Source: Oscillospiraceae bacterium (lineage in GTDB: Bacteria; Bacillota; Clostridia; Oscillospirales; CAG-272). From it: a DNA stretch of 64,000 bases. Both the position numbers and the translations under genes were made by a program. Below are positions 1-7,778 of the stretch, piece by piece. The first letter of the stretch is position 1, and each line of letters begins with the position of its first letter. The stretch lies in NCBI GenBank assembly GCA_015065285.1, contig SVQP01000004.1, positions 18,849 through 82,848 on the forward strand, read 5' to 3'. The notes below the pieces were generated by a model. The model worked only from the letters and a program-made list of their open reading frames with translations. It did not search any database and was not told where the DNA came from.

Positions 1-1778
1 GCAAAGAACAGCCCCTGCCCCGTAGTTTCCAATTCAAACTGGAAGATATCCTTGGTGCCGTCGGGCAGCGTTTTCAGCTTGGGCTGGCGGCGGTTCTGAT
101 AGCTGCGTCCCATGCCAAGGTTTGCCAGAATTGCTGCAGAAATAGAGATCTCTTCCTTCTCGCCGGTTGCGGTGTTGGTAGAAATGGGCTGGCTGGTCTC
201 ATGCATCCAAGTCCACATATCCTTGCCCTTGTTGACGTTTGCACGCAGAGCCCAGCAGCGACGGATGGTAAAGGTTTCAAGGGCTTCCTTGTCCTCAATC
301 TTTTCTACGTTGCCAAGCAGCAAGGGCTTACCCTTATACATAGCGTACAGATCACTGTATTGCCCCGTGGAATAAATGTTATCCCAAATGTCCTCAAACA
401 CACGGGGGTTCAGGCTTGCGTCATCAGCCATAAAGAAGCAAATGTCGGGCGTATCCATACCCATCTCGCGCATTGCCTTATATTCCTTGAAGATTGCCAT
501 ATAGCTGGTAGTCAAAGGATTGCCGTTGGTGACGTCCAGATAAATGAAATCCACACCAATATCGCAGAGCATGGAAGCGTGCTTGCGGATGACCCATTGG
601 TCGTTGGTCAGATAGTAGCCAAAATAGGGCTGCCCCCAGTAGTGTCCCCAACCGACGGGGCCCTTACCATAGGCTTCCTTGACGGCAGCGTGACCGCCCT
701 CTTGATAAATTGCGTGATGATCGTACAGGATCTGGTCGGGATAGGTCGTGCCCGTCTGTACGTGCCAGATCTGATAGAACATGCCTACCAGCTTATCATC
801 CACGTCATCTGCCCCATCGGCTACCAAACGGTTTTCATCGTCCATACCCACCCACGTGTCGCTGTACAGATCCTTCAGTATCGAGGAATCAGTTGGGATA
901 TATACCGAAGGAGCCTTGTAATCCCAGTTGACCGCCAGGTTATCAAAGGTCACCTCTCCGTTGTCCTGATGTGCCCACACCGCCACGTAACCGTTCTTGG
1001 GGATATCGTAGCCGAACTTGGCGTTGATCTGCTCCGCACCGTTTTTGTCGCTGACGGTCACGTTCTTGCTGTCGGTGATGGCTACGCGGAACACGAGGGT
1101 CTTGTCACCACCCTCATCCACGTAGACCGAAATGATATTATCCGTCTGGTTATCCTCTACGGTGACGGTGCGGGTCTTGGTGAAGTCAAAGCCGCTCTCG
1201 AAAAGGGTAATATTCGGCCAGCCGTTGATGATACCGACTCTGCTGCATTGGAAGGTCAGCCAGATACCATTCTGTCCCACGGCGGCAAACTGATCGTCAT
1301 ACTTGGGAAGGCGCAGGGCGATATAGCCCGAGTCGTTGGGGATCGCCCCGGGGCGGTTGGCTTTCAGATCCACCGTGACCGTGACTACTTCGGCCTTGGC
1401 CTTGTGCTTAAGAGCCACGTAAGGATGCTGACTGCCCGTGGCGGTCAGGTATCCCTTGGAGGTATCGGCCATCTCGTTGATCGTCCAGTCCGGATCATTT
1501 GCGCTGATGGGATTGGAGAAGTCCTGGGTATACTCGTAATGCTCATCCGGCTTTTCTTCGATGGGCTTATCGTCTACGACCTCATCGAGAATGCCGTCCT
1601 CAAAGGTATAGGTAATGGGATCACGCTCGGGCGCGGTAGATTCCTCTTCCGACGTACCCACAGTTGTATCCTCTGTCGTTTCCGGATTGGTATCTTGCTG
1701 ATTTTGGCACGCTGCAAGCACGCCAAGCAGCAACAGCATAGCCAGCATCAGGCTGCATATTCTTTCGTAGCGTTTCAT
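1..1778 (-). CDS. secreted lipoprotein, unclassified glycoside-hydrolase-like TIM-barrel protein (C-terminus runs off the window)
   Basis: Absent from the ORF track because it has no stop in the window. ATG is the complement of 1776-1778, with GGAGG 5 nt upstream. Hand translation starts MKRYERICSLMLAMLLLLGVLAAC (lipobox LAAC) and stays open to position 1. The internal stretch HASMLCDIGVDFIYLDVTNG...YKGKPLLL parallels DAGVDFIFIDWTNN...GKPLLMCYG in the 29738 and 32077 proteins. Confidence 0.6.
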   Translation of the reverse strand, partial: MKRYERICSLMLAMLLLLGVLAACQNQQDTNPETTEDTTVGTSEEESTAPERDPITYTFEDGILDEVVDDKPIEEKPDEHYEYTQDFSNPISANDPDWTINEMADTSKGYLTATGSQHPYVALKHKAKAEVVTVTVDLKANRPGAIPNDSGYIALRLPKYDDQFAAVGQNGIWLTFQCSRVGIINGWPNITLFESGFDFTKTRTVTVEDNQTDNIISVYVDEGGDKTLVFRVAITDSKNVTVSDKNGAEQINAKFGYDIPKNGYVAVWAHQDNGEVTFDNLAVNWDYKAPSVYIPTDSSILKDLYSDTWVGMDDENRLVADGADDVDDKLVGMFYQIWHVQTGTTYPDQILYDHHAIYQEGGHAAVKEAYGKGPVGWGHYWGQPYFGYYLTNDQWVIRKHASMLCDIGVDFIYLDVTNGNPLTTSYMAIFKEYKAMREMGMDTPDICFFMADDASLNPRVFEDIWDNIYSTGQYSDLYAMYKGKPLLLGNVEKIEDKEALETFTIRRCWALRANVNKGKDMWTWMHETSQPISTNTATGEKEEISISAAILANLGMGRSYQNRRQPKLKTLPDGTKDIFQFELETTGQGLFF

Positions 1779-1805
1779 AAGAACCTCCCAATTGTCGTTT
1801 TTTAC

Positions 1806-2600
1806 TTATTCGGGCAGCTTCTCTCCCAAGGGCAAGCCCGGCCACTCGTCCAGCATAGCGATCAGCTCGTAATCATAATACAGCTCGGGCGAGGTCTCGC
1901 TGACCGTCATTTTATAATATCCCGGCATCAGACCGTAGGTATCGTTGAGCACCCATACGTACGTGCCCTCAAGACCCGGAATGACATCCAGCTCGTACAG
2001 ATCGGAATAATACGCATAGCCGACCACGCCGTTCTGCTCGTTTTGATCATCGTAGATAACACCGAAATCCATCACGAAATCGCAGTTGAGCCACCAATAT
2101 GCAATGCGGTAAAAATTGCCGTCATCGGGAATATTCACCTTCAGGCACACATCGGGTGCGGCTTCCATATAGATGCGCCCGCCGTACTCTTGGGCAAGAT
2201 AATCCACGGCATCCTGCAGGCTGTTGAACTTGGTGCCATCCTCTACGTGACATATGGGATAGCCAAAATCGTACCTGCCGTCGTAGCAGGGCGTTTTACC
2301 GTCATACGACGTGCCCACCTCGATCAGATTGTAATAGGGATTTGCAGGGTCGTCCTTGTCCCAATCCTCGCGCGAAAGTGCTTGGCTCTCGGTTTCGGTC
2401 TTGGCTTGCGTGCTTTCGGGTTCCGTCGTTTGCTGCTCTGTATGATCCTCTGTTGTTTCCTCTTGCGTGGTCACCTGCGTCACCTGCTCTATAGACTCTG
2501 CAGTCGTTTGCTGTTCCTTTTGCGTATCGGTACATGCACTCAGCGTACAAGCCGCCAAAAGACATGCAAGACATACCGCAATCATATTGATACGTTTCAT
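1806..2600 (-). CDS. lipoprotein, hypothetical (T/E/Q-rich linker plus globular domain)
   Basis: 264-aa ORF. N-terminus MKRINMIAVCLACLLAACTLSAC is a signal peptide with a lipobox. Same strand as, and 27 nt upstream of, the GH-like gene. Confidence 0.7.
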   Translation of the reverse strand: MKRINMIAVCLACLLAACTLSACTDTQKEQQTTAESIEQVTQVTTQEETTEDHTEQQTTEPESTQAKTETESQALSREDWDKDDPANPYYNLIEVGTSYDGKTPCYDGRYDFGYPICHVEDGTKFNSLQDAVDYLAQEYGGRIYMEAAPDVCLKVNIPDDGNFYRIAYWWLNCDFVMDFGVIYDDQNEQNGVVGYAYYSDLYELDVIPGLEGTYVWVLNDTYGLMPGYYKMTVSETSPELYYDYELIAMLDEWPGLPLGEKLPE

Positions 2601-2771
2601 TGTATTTTCTCCATGAACACTTATGATTTTAGGTAATATTTCGATTACCGATACTATTATTATAGCAAACTAAAATTGTATTTTCTATGATAATTATAAA
2701 CCGAAAATATTGCATATCCGATGATTTTGTGTTATAATGACCATAATAACCATTTTTGCACGGAGGCATAT

Positions 2772-3620
2772 ATGGAATATATCGGTATCTGCGCGAACAA
2801 GCGCGAGGATGCAAATCCCACACCCGAGAACTATCCCGCCCATTCCCACGGCTCGTACGAGCTATTTTTGCCACTTTCCGGAGCATGCGAATTCGAGGTG
2901 GCAGACAATACGTTCACCGCGCCCCGTAGCTCGGTCATGCTGTTCTCACCGGACGAGCCGCATAGATTGCTGGTCAGGTCGGGGCAGCCGCTGGCGTATC
3001 TGTACGTGCAATTCACGCCCGATTATCTCCCTCGTGACCGGGAAATGACAGACTGCATGGACAGCTTGTTTAACGCACGTGCAGAAGGCGCAGGCAATCT
3101 GCGTATGCTGGGACGCGAAAGCTTTGCCTATCTGTATGCTGCGCTGAACAGACTCTGCGAGGTGAGCGGAGAGCACGTGCACAACGATTTTTATCGCATA
3201 TTGCGTCCTGCGCTGATTGAGATCGATCAGTACGGCACGTCTGTCGCCCCCCATCTTCCCATACGTACTGCTAAGCCCACGCTTAAAAACACGTTAGTGG
3301 ATGAAATCTCGGAATACGTCGCCACACACTATGCTGTTATTGAGAATCTTTCCTTTGTGCATGAGCAATTTCACTACAGCGCCGTACACGTCAACACACT
3401 GTTCAAGCAGCAGCTGAACGTTTCACTTTGGCGATACGTGCTACACATCCGCCTGGATCGTGCCTGCGATATGCTGACCAGCGGCATTCATGCAAGTGAG
3501 GTGGCTCTGTTGTGCGGATTCAAGGATTATTCAACCTTTTATCGCATATTCAAAAAATGCTATGGCATCACACCTACGGATTGCAGAAGGATGGGAAAGA
3601 AGCCCGAAATGATCAGGTAA
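2772..3620 (+). CDS. AraC family transcriptional regulator (cupin sensor + HTH)
   Basis: ATG at 2772 with GGAGG at 2762-2766. C-terminal region (LSFVHEQFHYSAVHVNTLFKQ...GFKDYSTFYRIFKKCYGITPTDCRR) is a typical AraC double HTH. Divergent from the lipoprotein/GH-like genes. Confidence 0.85.
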   Translation: MEYIGICANKREDANPTPENYPAHSHGSYELFLPLSGACEFEVADNTFTAPRSSVMLFSPDEPHRLLVRSGQPLAYLYVQFTPDYLPRDREMTDCMDSLFNARAEGAGNLRMLGRESFAYLYAALNRLCEVSGEHVHNDFYRILRPALIEIDQYGTSVAPHLPIRTAKPTLKNTLVDEISEYVATHYAVIENLSFVHEQFHYSAVHVNTLFKQQLNVSLWRYVLHIRLDRACDMLTSGIHASEVALLCGFKDYSTFYRIFKKCYGITPTDCRRMGKKPEMIR

Positions 3621-3684
3621 TGAATACCCCTCCCGCTCACTTGAATTCTTGTCCCGGCTCTCCGGTCGATATCTCTTGACCAAT

Positions 3685-3745
3685 GGGTCACCAAATAGAG
3701 AGAGCACCGTGGCGACTGCCACGGTGCTTCTTCTATTGGTGACCC
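3685..3745. repeat. imperfect palindrome A, carrying a second copy of the tRNA-Lys 3' end
   Basis: GGGTCACCAAATAGAGAGAGCACCG...CGGTGCTTCTTCTATTGGTGACCC with an inner stem CACCGTGGC/GCCACGGTG. TGGTGACCCATCGGAGA at 3737-3753 is identical to 4015-4031. Confidence 0.8.
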
Positions 3746-3747
3746 AT

Positions 3748-3963
3748 CGGAGATGTCGAAGTCTTTCTCCGCGCTGCGTCGAAAGGTCGAGCAGCGAGTT
3801 TGCTTTTCCAAATGGGATAAGTTTCAGCGCAGCTCGAAGAGTTCGGCTCATAACCTTCGGAGAGTCGAAGTCTTTCTCCGCGCTGCGTCGAAAGGTCGAG
3901 CTGCAACTTTACTTTCCCCATTGGGCTTTGTCTTTTCGCAGCTCGAAGAGTTCGGCTCTTAGC
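3748..3963. repeat. two head-to-tail ~110-bp structured repeat units (non-coding)
   Basis: Units start at 3748 and 3858. They share identical blocks GTCGAAGTCTTTCTCCGCGCTGCGTCGAAAGGTCGAGC and GCAGCTCGAAGAGTTCGGCTC around a ~33-nt variable core. The core is closed by TCGAGCTGC/GCAGCTCGA. Confidence 0.8.
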
Positions 3964-3967
3964 CAAT

Positions 3968-4023
3968 GGGTCACCAAATAGAGAGAGCACCGCAAGCGCG
4001 GTGCTCTCTCTATTTGGTGACCC
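3968..4023. repeat. perfect palindrome B (26-bp arms, loop AAGC) overlapping the tRNA-Lys 3' end
   Basis: GGGTCACCAAATAGAGAGAGCACCGC-AAGC-GCGGTGCTCTCTCTATTTGGTGACCC. The last 9 nt of the right arm are the complement of the tRNA acceptor 3' strand plus CCA. Confidence 0.9.
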
Positions 4024-4090
4024 ATCGGAGAGTCGAACTCCGGACACCATGATTAAAAGTCATGTGCTCTGCCATCTGAGCTAATGGGTC
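4015..4090 (-). tRNA. tRNA-Lys (anticodon UUU), CCA encoded
   Basis: The reverse complement folds as a 76-nt cloverleaf:
- acceptor GACCCAT/ATGGGTC
- D arm GCTC-AGATGGCA-GAGC
- anticodon arm CATGA-CTTTTAA-TCATG
- variable loop GTGTC
- T arm CGGAG-TTCGACT-CTCCG
- discriminator A, then CCA. Confidence 0.93.
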
Positions 4091-4188
4091 GAATATTACG
4101 GTACAATTTTTTCGTACCGTAATATATTATCACACAAATGTGGTTTTGTCAACAGTTTTTTGCGCAAAATTGCAACAAATTTGCGTCC

Positions 4189-4713
4189 TTAAAGCGACAA
4201 AGCCTTGAGCTTTCCGGCAAATTGCGAGATGTTTTCCTCCGAAATGGTGGGCAACGTTTCGTCCTCTCTTTGCTCACCGTTATCACCGCCGCCGAGAATA
4301 TAGTCTCGCTCCATCTTGAGAATCAGCTTATCCCAAAGATTCTTGGCGTGTGCAGGCACCATCTCACCGCCAAAGCAGGCAAGATCAAACGCGCGCTCTC
4401 TTTGCACCTCTGTCAGATTCTTTTGATAATACTCCTCTGCACTGTCCGGAAATCCGCACACCAAGAAATATCCCGTCTGCTTCCCCGAGAGCACCTGCTC
4501 CCACTTTTGCAAATAGTCGCGCATGGGACGGTACAGCTTGCCATAGCGGATGCAGCTGCCCATCACCACGATATCATAGCCCTGCGGGTCACTTGCCGCA
4601 TCATCCACCGTGCAAAGCGTAAACTCCCTGCCCTTGAGTCGGTCACAAAGCAACTGCGCGGCTGTTGCGGTGCTGCCCGTTTTGGTGGCATATACGATCA
4701 AAATCTTTTTCAT
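4189..4713 (-). CDS. flavodoxin-domain protein
   Basis: Start moved to MKKILIVYATKTGST (ATG complement of 4711-4713, RBS GAGGTGG). This is the flavodoxin N-terminal FMN-loop signature. It lies 7 nt downstream of the MBL gene. Confidence 0.7.
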   Translation of the reverse strand: MKKILIVYATKTGSTATAAQLLCDRLKGREFTLCTVDDAASDPQGYDIVVMGSCIRYGKLYRPMRDYLQKWEQVLSGKQTGYFLVCGFPDSAEEYYQKNLTEVQRERAFDLACFGGEMVPAHAKNLWDKLILKMERDYILGGGDNGEQREDETLPTISEENISQFAGKLKALSL

Positions 4714-4720
4714 ATCCACC

Positions 4721-5695
4721 TCACTGCGTACACTGCACCAGATCACCGTCTGTGCGCAGCGTCAGATCCCCGTTAAAGGAATAATACGTCAAAGCGCCCA
4801 GATTGCGCATCAGGTTGACGACCTCAAGTTCGATATTCTCCATCGCATCCGTGCAGATCACGCCATATTTCACGCCACTCTCCACCAAAAAATCACGCAG
4901 CGCCTTATTGTGGTTGCCATGGTGAGGCAGCTTGATAAAATCGTATTGCCCTGCATACTGCGTTTGCGCATTGAAATCCTCACATCTCTCCTTCTCGGCA
5001 TCTCCCATAAACAGAGCCGAAAATTCGCCAAACGTAAGTCCGCAGATCAGCGACAGATTATTGTCCATGCTGTCCTCGGGAATCGGTTCCTCATGGCTCA
5101 GATCGGGATACACGCGCGAGACGTTGAGCCACAGGCTGCCCACGGGCAGATCGATTGTGGTATCGTCGTTCAAGCGGTGTACGTTCACCTGCCCCGATTT
5201 GCTCTGTAATGCATTGATCAAAGAGCGGTACAGCCCCGAATCACGCACGTAATTGGGCATATATACCTCTGCGACCTCGTAATCCTGAATGATGCGCGCT
5301 GCACTTCCGATATGGTCGTTGTCAAAGTGCGTCAGAATCAGGTGATCAATGCGCGCAATCCCCAGAGCATTGAGCGTGCTGCTGATCTCACCAAAGTCAT
5401 CCGCGTCAGCGGTATCGATCATAATCACGGTATTATCCAATTGGATCAGCATGCAATCCGATTTGCCCGTTTTGAGCACACGAATGGTCAGCAGGTGCTC
5501 CGCATTTGCAAAAGTATCGTCCGGAATCAAGGAGCCTGCATGACCGCCCGTCTCCTCGGAGGTATCGGGCGCTGCCGTTCCCAGCATTCCTGTTCCCGCC
5601 TGATTGCCGGGGTCGGTACGTCTGCCGGTGCAAGCGCAGATACTGATGACCAACAGCGCACAGACAAGGAGAATGCACAAATTCTTTATCTTCAT
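4721..5695 (-). CDS. MBL-fold metallo-hydrolase lipoprotein (ComEC C-terminal-domain-like)
   Basis: Start at MKIKNLCILLVCALLVISICAC (lipobox) with GGAG upstream. Motifs HLILTHFDNDHIGSA and LPHHGNHN are typical of the metallo-beta-lactamase fold. Confidence 0.8.
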   Translation of the reverse strand: MKIKNLCILLVCALLVISICACTGRRTDPGNQAGTGMLGTAAPDTSEETGGHAGSLIPDDTFANAEHLLTIRVLKTGKSDCMLIQLDNTVIMIDTADADDFGEISSTLNALGIARIDHLILTHFDNDHIGSAARIIQDYEVAEVYMPNYVRDSGLYRSLINALQSKSGQVNVHRLNDDTTIDLPVGSLWLNVSRVYPDLSHEEPIPEDSMDNNLSLICGLTFGEFSALFMGDAEKERCEDFNAQTQYAGQYDFIKLPHHGNHNKALRDFLVESGVKYGVICTDAMENIELEVVNLMRNLGALTYYSFNGDLTLRTDGDLVQCTQ

Positions 5696-5801
5696 AAAAA
5701 TCTCCATCAAGTAAAATAGGCGGAGAGGATTGCTCTCCACCTATTATTATAGCGTATGTAGCAGCTTTTTTCAATAGCCGCTACACATTGTGCAAAAAAA
5801 T

Positions 5802-6446
5802 TTACACTGATTGCGCATCATTCTCTTCAAATGCCGCCTTGACTTGTGTCGAAGTAAACCCTTGTGCCAGCATTTTCTGATAAAGCTTTTTACGCTCCTC
5901 GCCCTCGGGCATTCCGTGGCGGCATTGACGCGATAGCGCTTTGGCACAAACCTCGTCAAAATCCACCTCGTCAAGATAGCACTGCACCTCTGCGTCGCCC
6001 GCGTCATACCCTTTGGCGCGCAGATCGTATTCCACGCGTCTGCGGCTGTGCAGCTTTGCCACACCGCGCTCCGCCTCGCGCAGGGCAGCCGAGCTCTCGC
6101 GCAGATATCCCGCCTCGATCAGCATGTCAACCGCAGCCTCGGCATGCGCGCGTGCGCTTCCCTTTTGCACCAGCTTATAGGTCAACTCTCTTGCCGATCT
6201 GTCACCATAGGAAAGCGATGTGATTCCGCGCACGAACGCGCGGCAGACACCGGAGGCATCCGCAATTTGCTCGGCAGTCTCGGCATCGATCTCACCCGTG
6301 ACCAGCCCCATTTGCTTGTATTGCGAGAGCAGCAACGGGTATTTCTCCTTTTGGTATTGCTCGGCATTCTCACCGCGCAGAATCAGCGTCACCCACACAA
6401 GCCCCTTATCGGGCACGGGCGTGATGCTTTTGATGCGAATGTTCAT
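5802..6446 (-). CDS. recX: recombination regulator RecX
   Basis: 214 aa, starting 3 nt after the recA stop. Helical-repeat composition (SARELTYKLVQKG...AVDMLIEAGYL) fits RecX. Confidence 0.75.
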   Translation of the reverse strand: MNIRIKSITPVPDKGLVWVTLILRGENAEQYQKEKYPLLLSQYKQMGLVTGEIDAETAEQIADASGVCRAFVRGITSLSYGDRSARELTYKLVQKGSARAHAEAAVDMLIEAGYLRESSAALREAERGVAKLHSRRRVEYDLRAKGYDAGDAEVQCYLDEVDFDEVCAKALSRQCRHGMPEGEERKKLYQKMLAQGFTSTQVKAAFEENDAQSV

Positions 6447-6449
6447 ATA

Positions 6450-7559
6450 TTAGTCTTCATCCTTGAGCACGCGGATGTCAAATGCGTCGTCCTCGTCCTC
6501 ATCCAGATCGAATTCCTCTTCCACCATCATATCCTGATTGGAAAGCAGCACGCGCACCTTTTCCTCAATCTCTGCCATGAGCGCGGGATTGCCCTCGATC
6601 ATCTTGCGCACGTTATCCTTGCCCTGACCGATTCTTTCCCCGTTATAAGAGAACCAAGAGCCGCTCTTTTTGATAATATCCGAGTTGATGGCATAGTCCA
6701 GCACCTCACTGGAGCGGGAAATACCCTTACCGTACAGAATATCAAATTCCGCAACACGGAAAGGAGGCGCCACCTTATTCTTGACGATCTTGCACTTGAC
6801 GCGGTTACCGTAGATCTCACCGCCGTTCTTGAGCTGATCGGTCTTTCTGATATCAATACGCACAGACGCATAGAACTTGAGCGCACGACCGCCCGTGGTG
6901 GTTTCGGGGTTACCGTACATAACGCCCACCTTTTCACGCAGCTGGTTGATAAAGATGACCACGCAATTGGATTTGTTGATGACAGCCGAGAGCTTGCGCA
7001 TTGCCTGCGACATCAGTCTTGCCTGCATGCCCATCTGCGCCTGACCCATATCGCCCTCCAGCTCCTGCTTGGGAACCAGTGCCGCTACCGAGTCGATGAC
7101 CACGCAGTCAATAGCGCCCGAGCGCACCAGCGCCTCGGTGATTTCCAGTGCATCCTCACCGCAATCGGGCTGAGAGACCAGCAGATTGTTGATATCCACG
7201 CCCAGTGCCTTTGCATATACGGGGTCCAGTGCGTGCTCCGCGTCGATAAACGCAGCCTCGCCGCCTGCCTTCTGTACCTCTGCTACGATGTGCAGCGCCA
7301 CGGTGGTTTTACCCGAGGACTCGGGCCCAAAGATTTCAATAATTCTGCCCTTGGGAACACCGCCGATGCCCAGCGCCATATCCAGAGAGATCGAGCCGGT
7401 GGAAACCGCCTGCACCTCCATGTGCGCATTCTCGCCCAGACGCATGACCGCGCCCGCGCCAAACTCGCGCTCGATCTGCGCCATGGCGGTATTGAGCGCT
7501 CTCTGCTTTTCAACCTTCTTATCTACTACAACCTCGGGGGTAACTGTCTTCTTTGCCAT
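6450..7559 (-). CDS. recA: recombinase RecA
   Basis: Start at [10 protein letters not shown] (ATG complement of 7557-7559, RBS GAGGAG). Walker [10 protein letters not shown], and [10 protein letters not shown]...IDSVAAL are unmistakable RecA motifs. Confidence 0.97.
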   Translation of the reverse strand: MAKKTVTPEVVVDKKVEKQRALNTAMAQIEREFGAGAVMRLGENAHMEVQAVSTGSISLDMALGIGGVPKGRIIEIFGPESSGKTTVALHIVAEVQKAGGEAAFIDAEHALDPVYAKALGVDINNLLVSQPDCGEDALEITEALVRSGAIDCVVIDSVAALVPKQELEGDMGQAQMGMQARLMSQAMRKLSAVINKSNCVVIFINQLREKVGVMYGNPETTTGGRALKFYASVRIDIRKTDQLKNGGEIYGNRVKCKIVKNKVAPPFRVAEFDILYGKGISRSSEVLDYAINSDIIKKSGSWFSYNGERIGQGKDNVRKMIEGNPALMAEIEEKVRVLLSNQDMMVEEEFDLDEDEDDAFDIRVLKDED

Positions 7560-7615
7560 ATTCGTACTCCTCTTTCCGCTCGCGATAGCGCGAGCCCTCT
7601 TCATTTTCTGGAATT

Positions 7616-7644
7616 ATTATACACCCCCGACGCCGCTTTGTCAA
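7616..7644 (-). promoter_or_regulatory. putative sigma-A promoter of recA
   Basis: Minus strand reads TTGACA (7644-7639), a 17-nt spacer, then TATAAT (7621-7616). This is about 55 nt upstream of the recA start. A 7-bp hairpin GCTCGCG-CTAT-CGCGAGC sits in the 5' UTR. Confidence 0.5.
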
Positions 7645-7740
7645 TAGGTTTTACAAATGTTTTGTTCCGAAATCGGAATTTTATTTTTGACCGTGCAATT
7701 CTAATATCGTCTTATTTTCCGAAATTGGTTCGCCAATGAG

Positions 7741-7771
7741 CAAAACAGCCGCGGCACGTGCCGCGGCTGTT
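7741..7771 (-). terminator. rho-independent terminator after the 7779 gene
   Basis: Palindrome AACAGCCGCGGCAC/GTGCCGCGGCTGTT, followed on the minus strand by TTTTG. Confidence 0.6.
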
Positions 7772-7778
7772 ACTCAAA

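Noticed and set aside
201-2636. 811-aa ORF on the + strand spanning two minus-strand genes and their intergenic gap
   Set aside because: - It is codon-aligned antisense to two genes that have GGAGG sites and lipoprotein signal peptides.
- Its translation is low-complexity (V/I/L/G/H/R-rich) with no motifs and no RBS.
- Absence of TTA/CTA/TCA codons on the sense strand explains it.
3748-3963. Considered whether the two 110-bp units are a CRISPR array, extra tRNAs or a tRNA-Sec
   Set aside because: - CRISPR: the units are contiguous with no repeat-spacer alternation.
- tRNA: although each begins with a T-arm-like CGGAGA..TCTCCG hairpin, I could not pair any 5' acceptor strand with the 3' end or draw a D arm/anticodon arm cloverleaf.
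- tRNA-Sec: at about 110 nt they are also too long.
3531-4050. Five overlapping ORFs of 69-110 aa on both strands in the tRNA-Lys repeat region
   Set aside because: - Their sequences mirror the DNA repeats.
- They have no RBS.
- They overlap each other on both strands and have arbitrary composition.
- The region is better explained as non-coding repeats.
7560-7778. Looked for a LexA/Cheo box (GAAC-N4-GTTC) in the recA promoter
   Set aside because: Only half-sites are present (for example GAACAAAACATT on the minus strand). CGAACCAATTTCGG has the wrong spacing and second half. No site was called.
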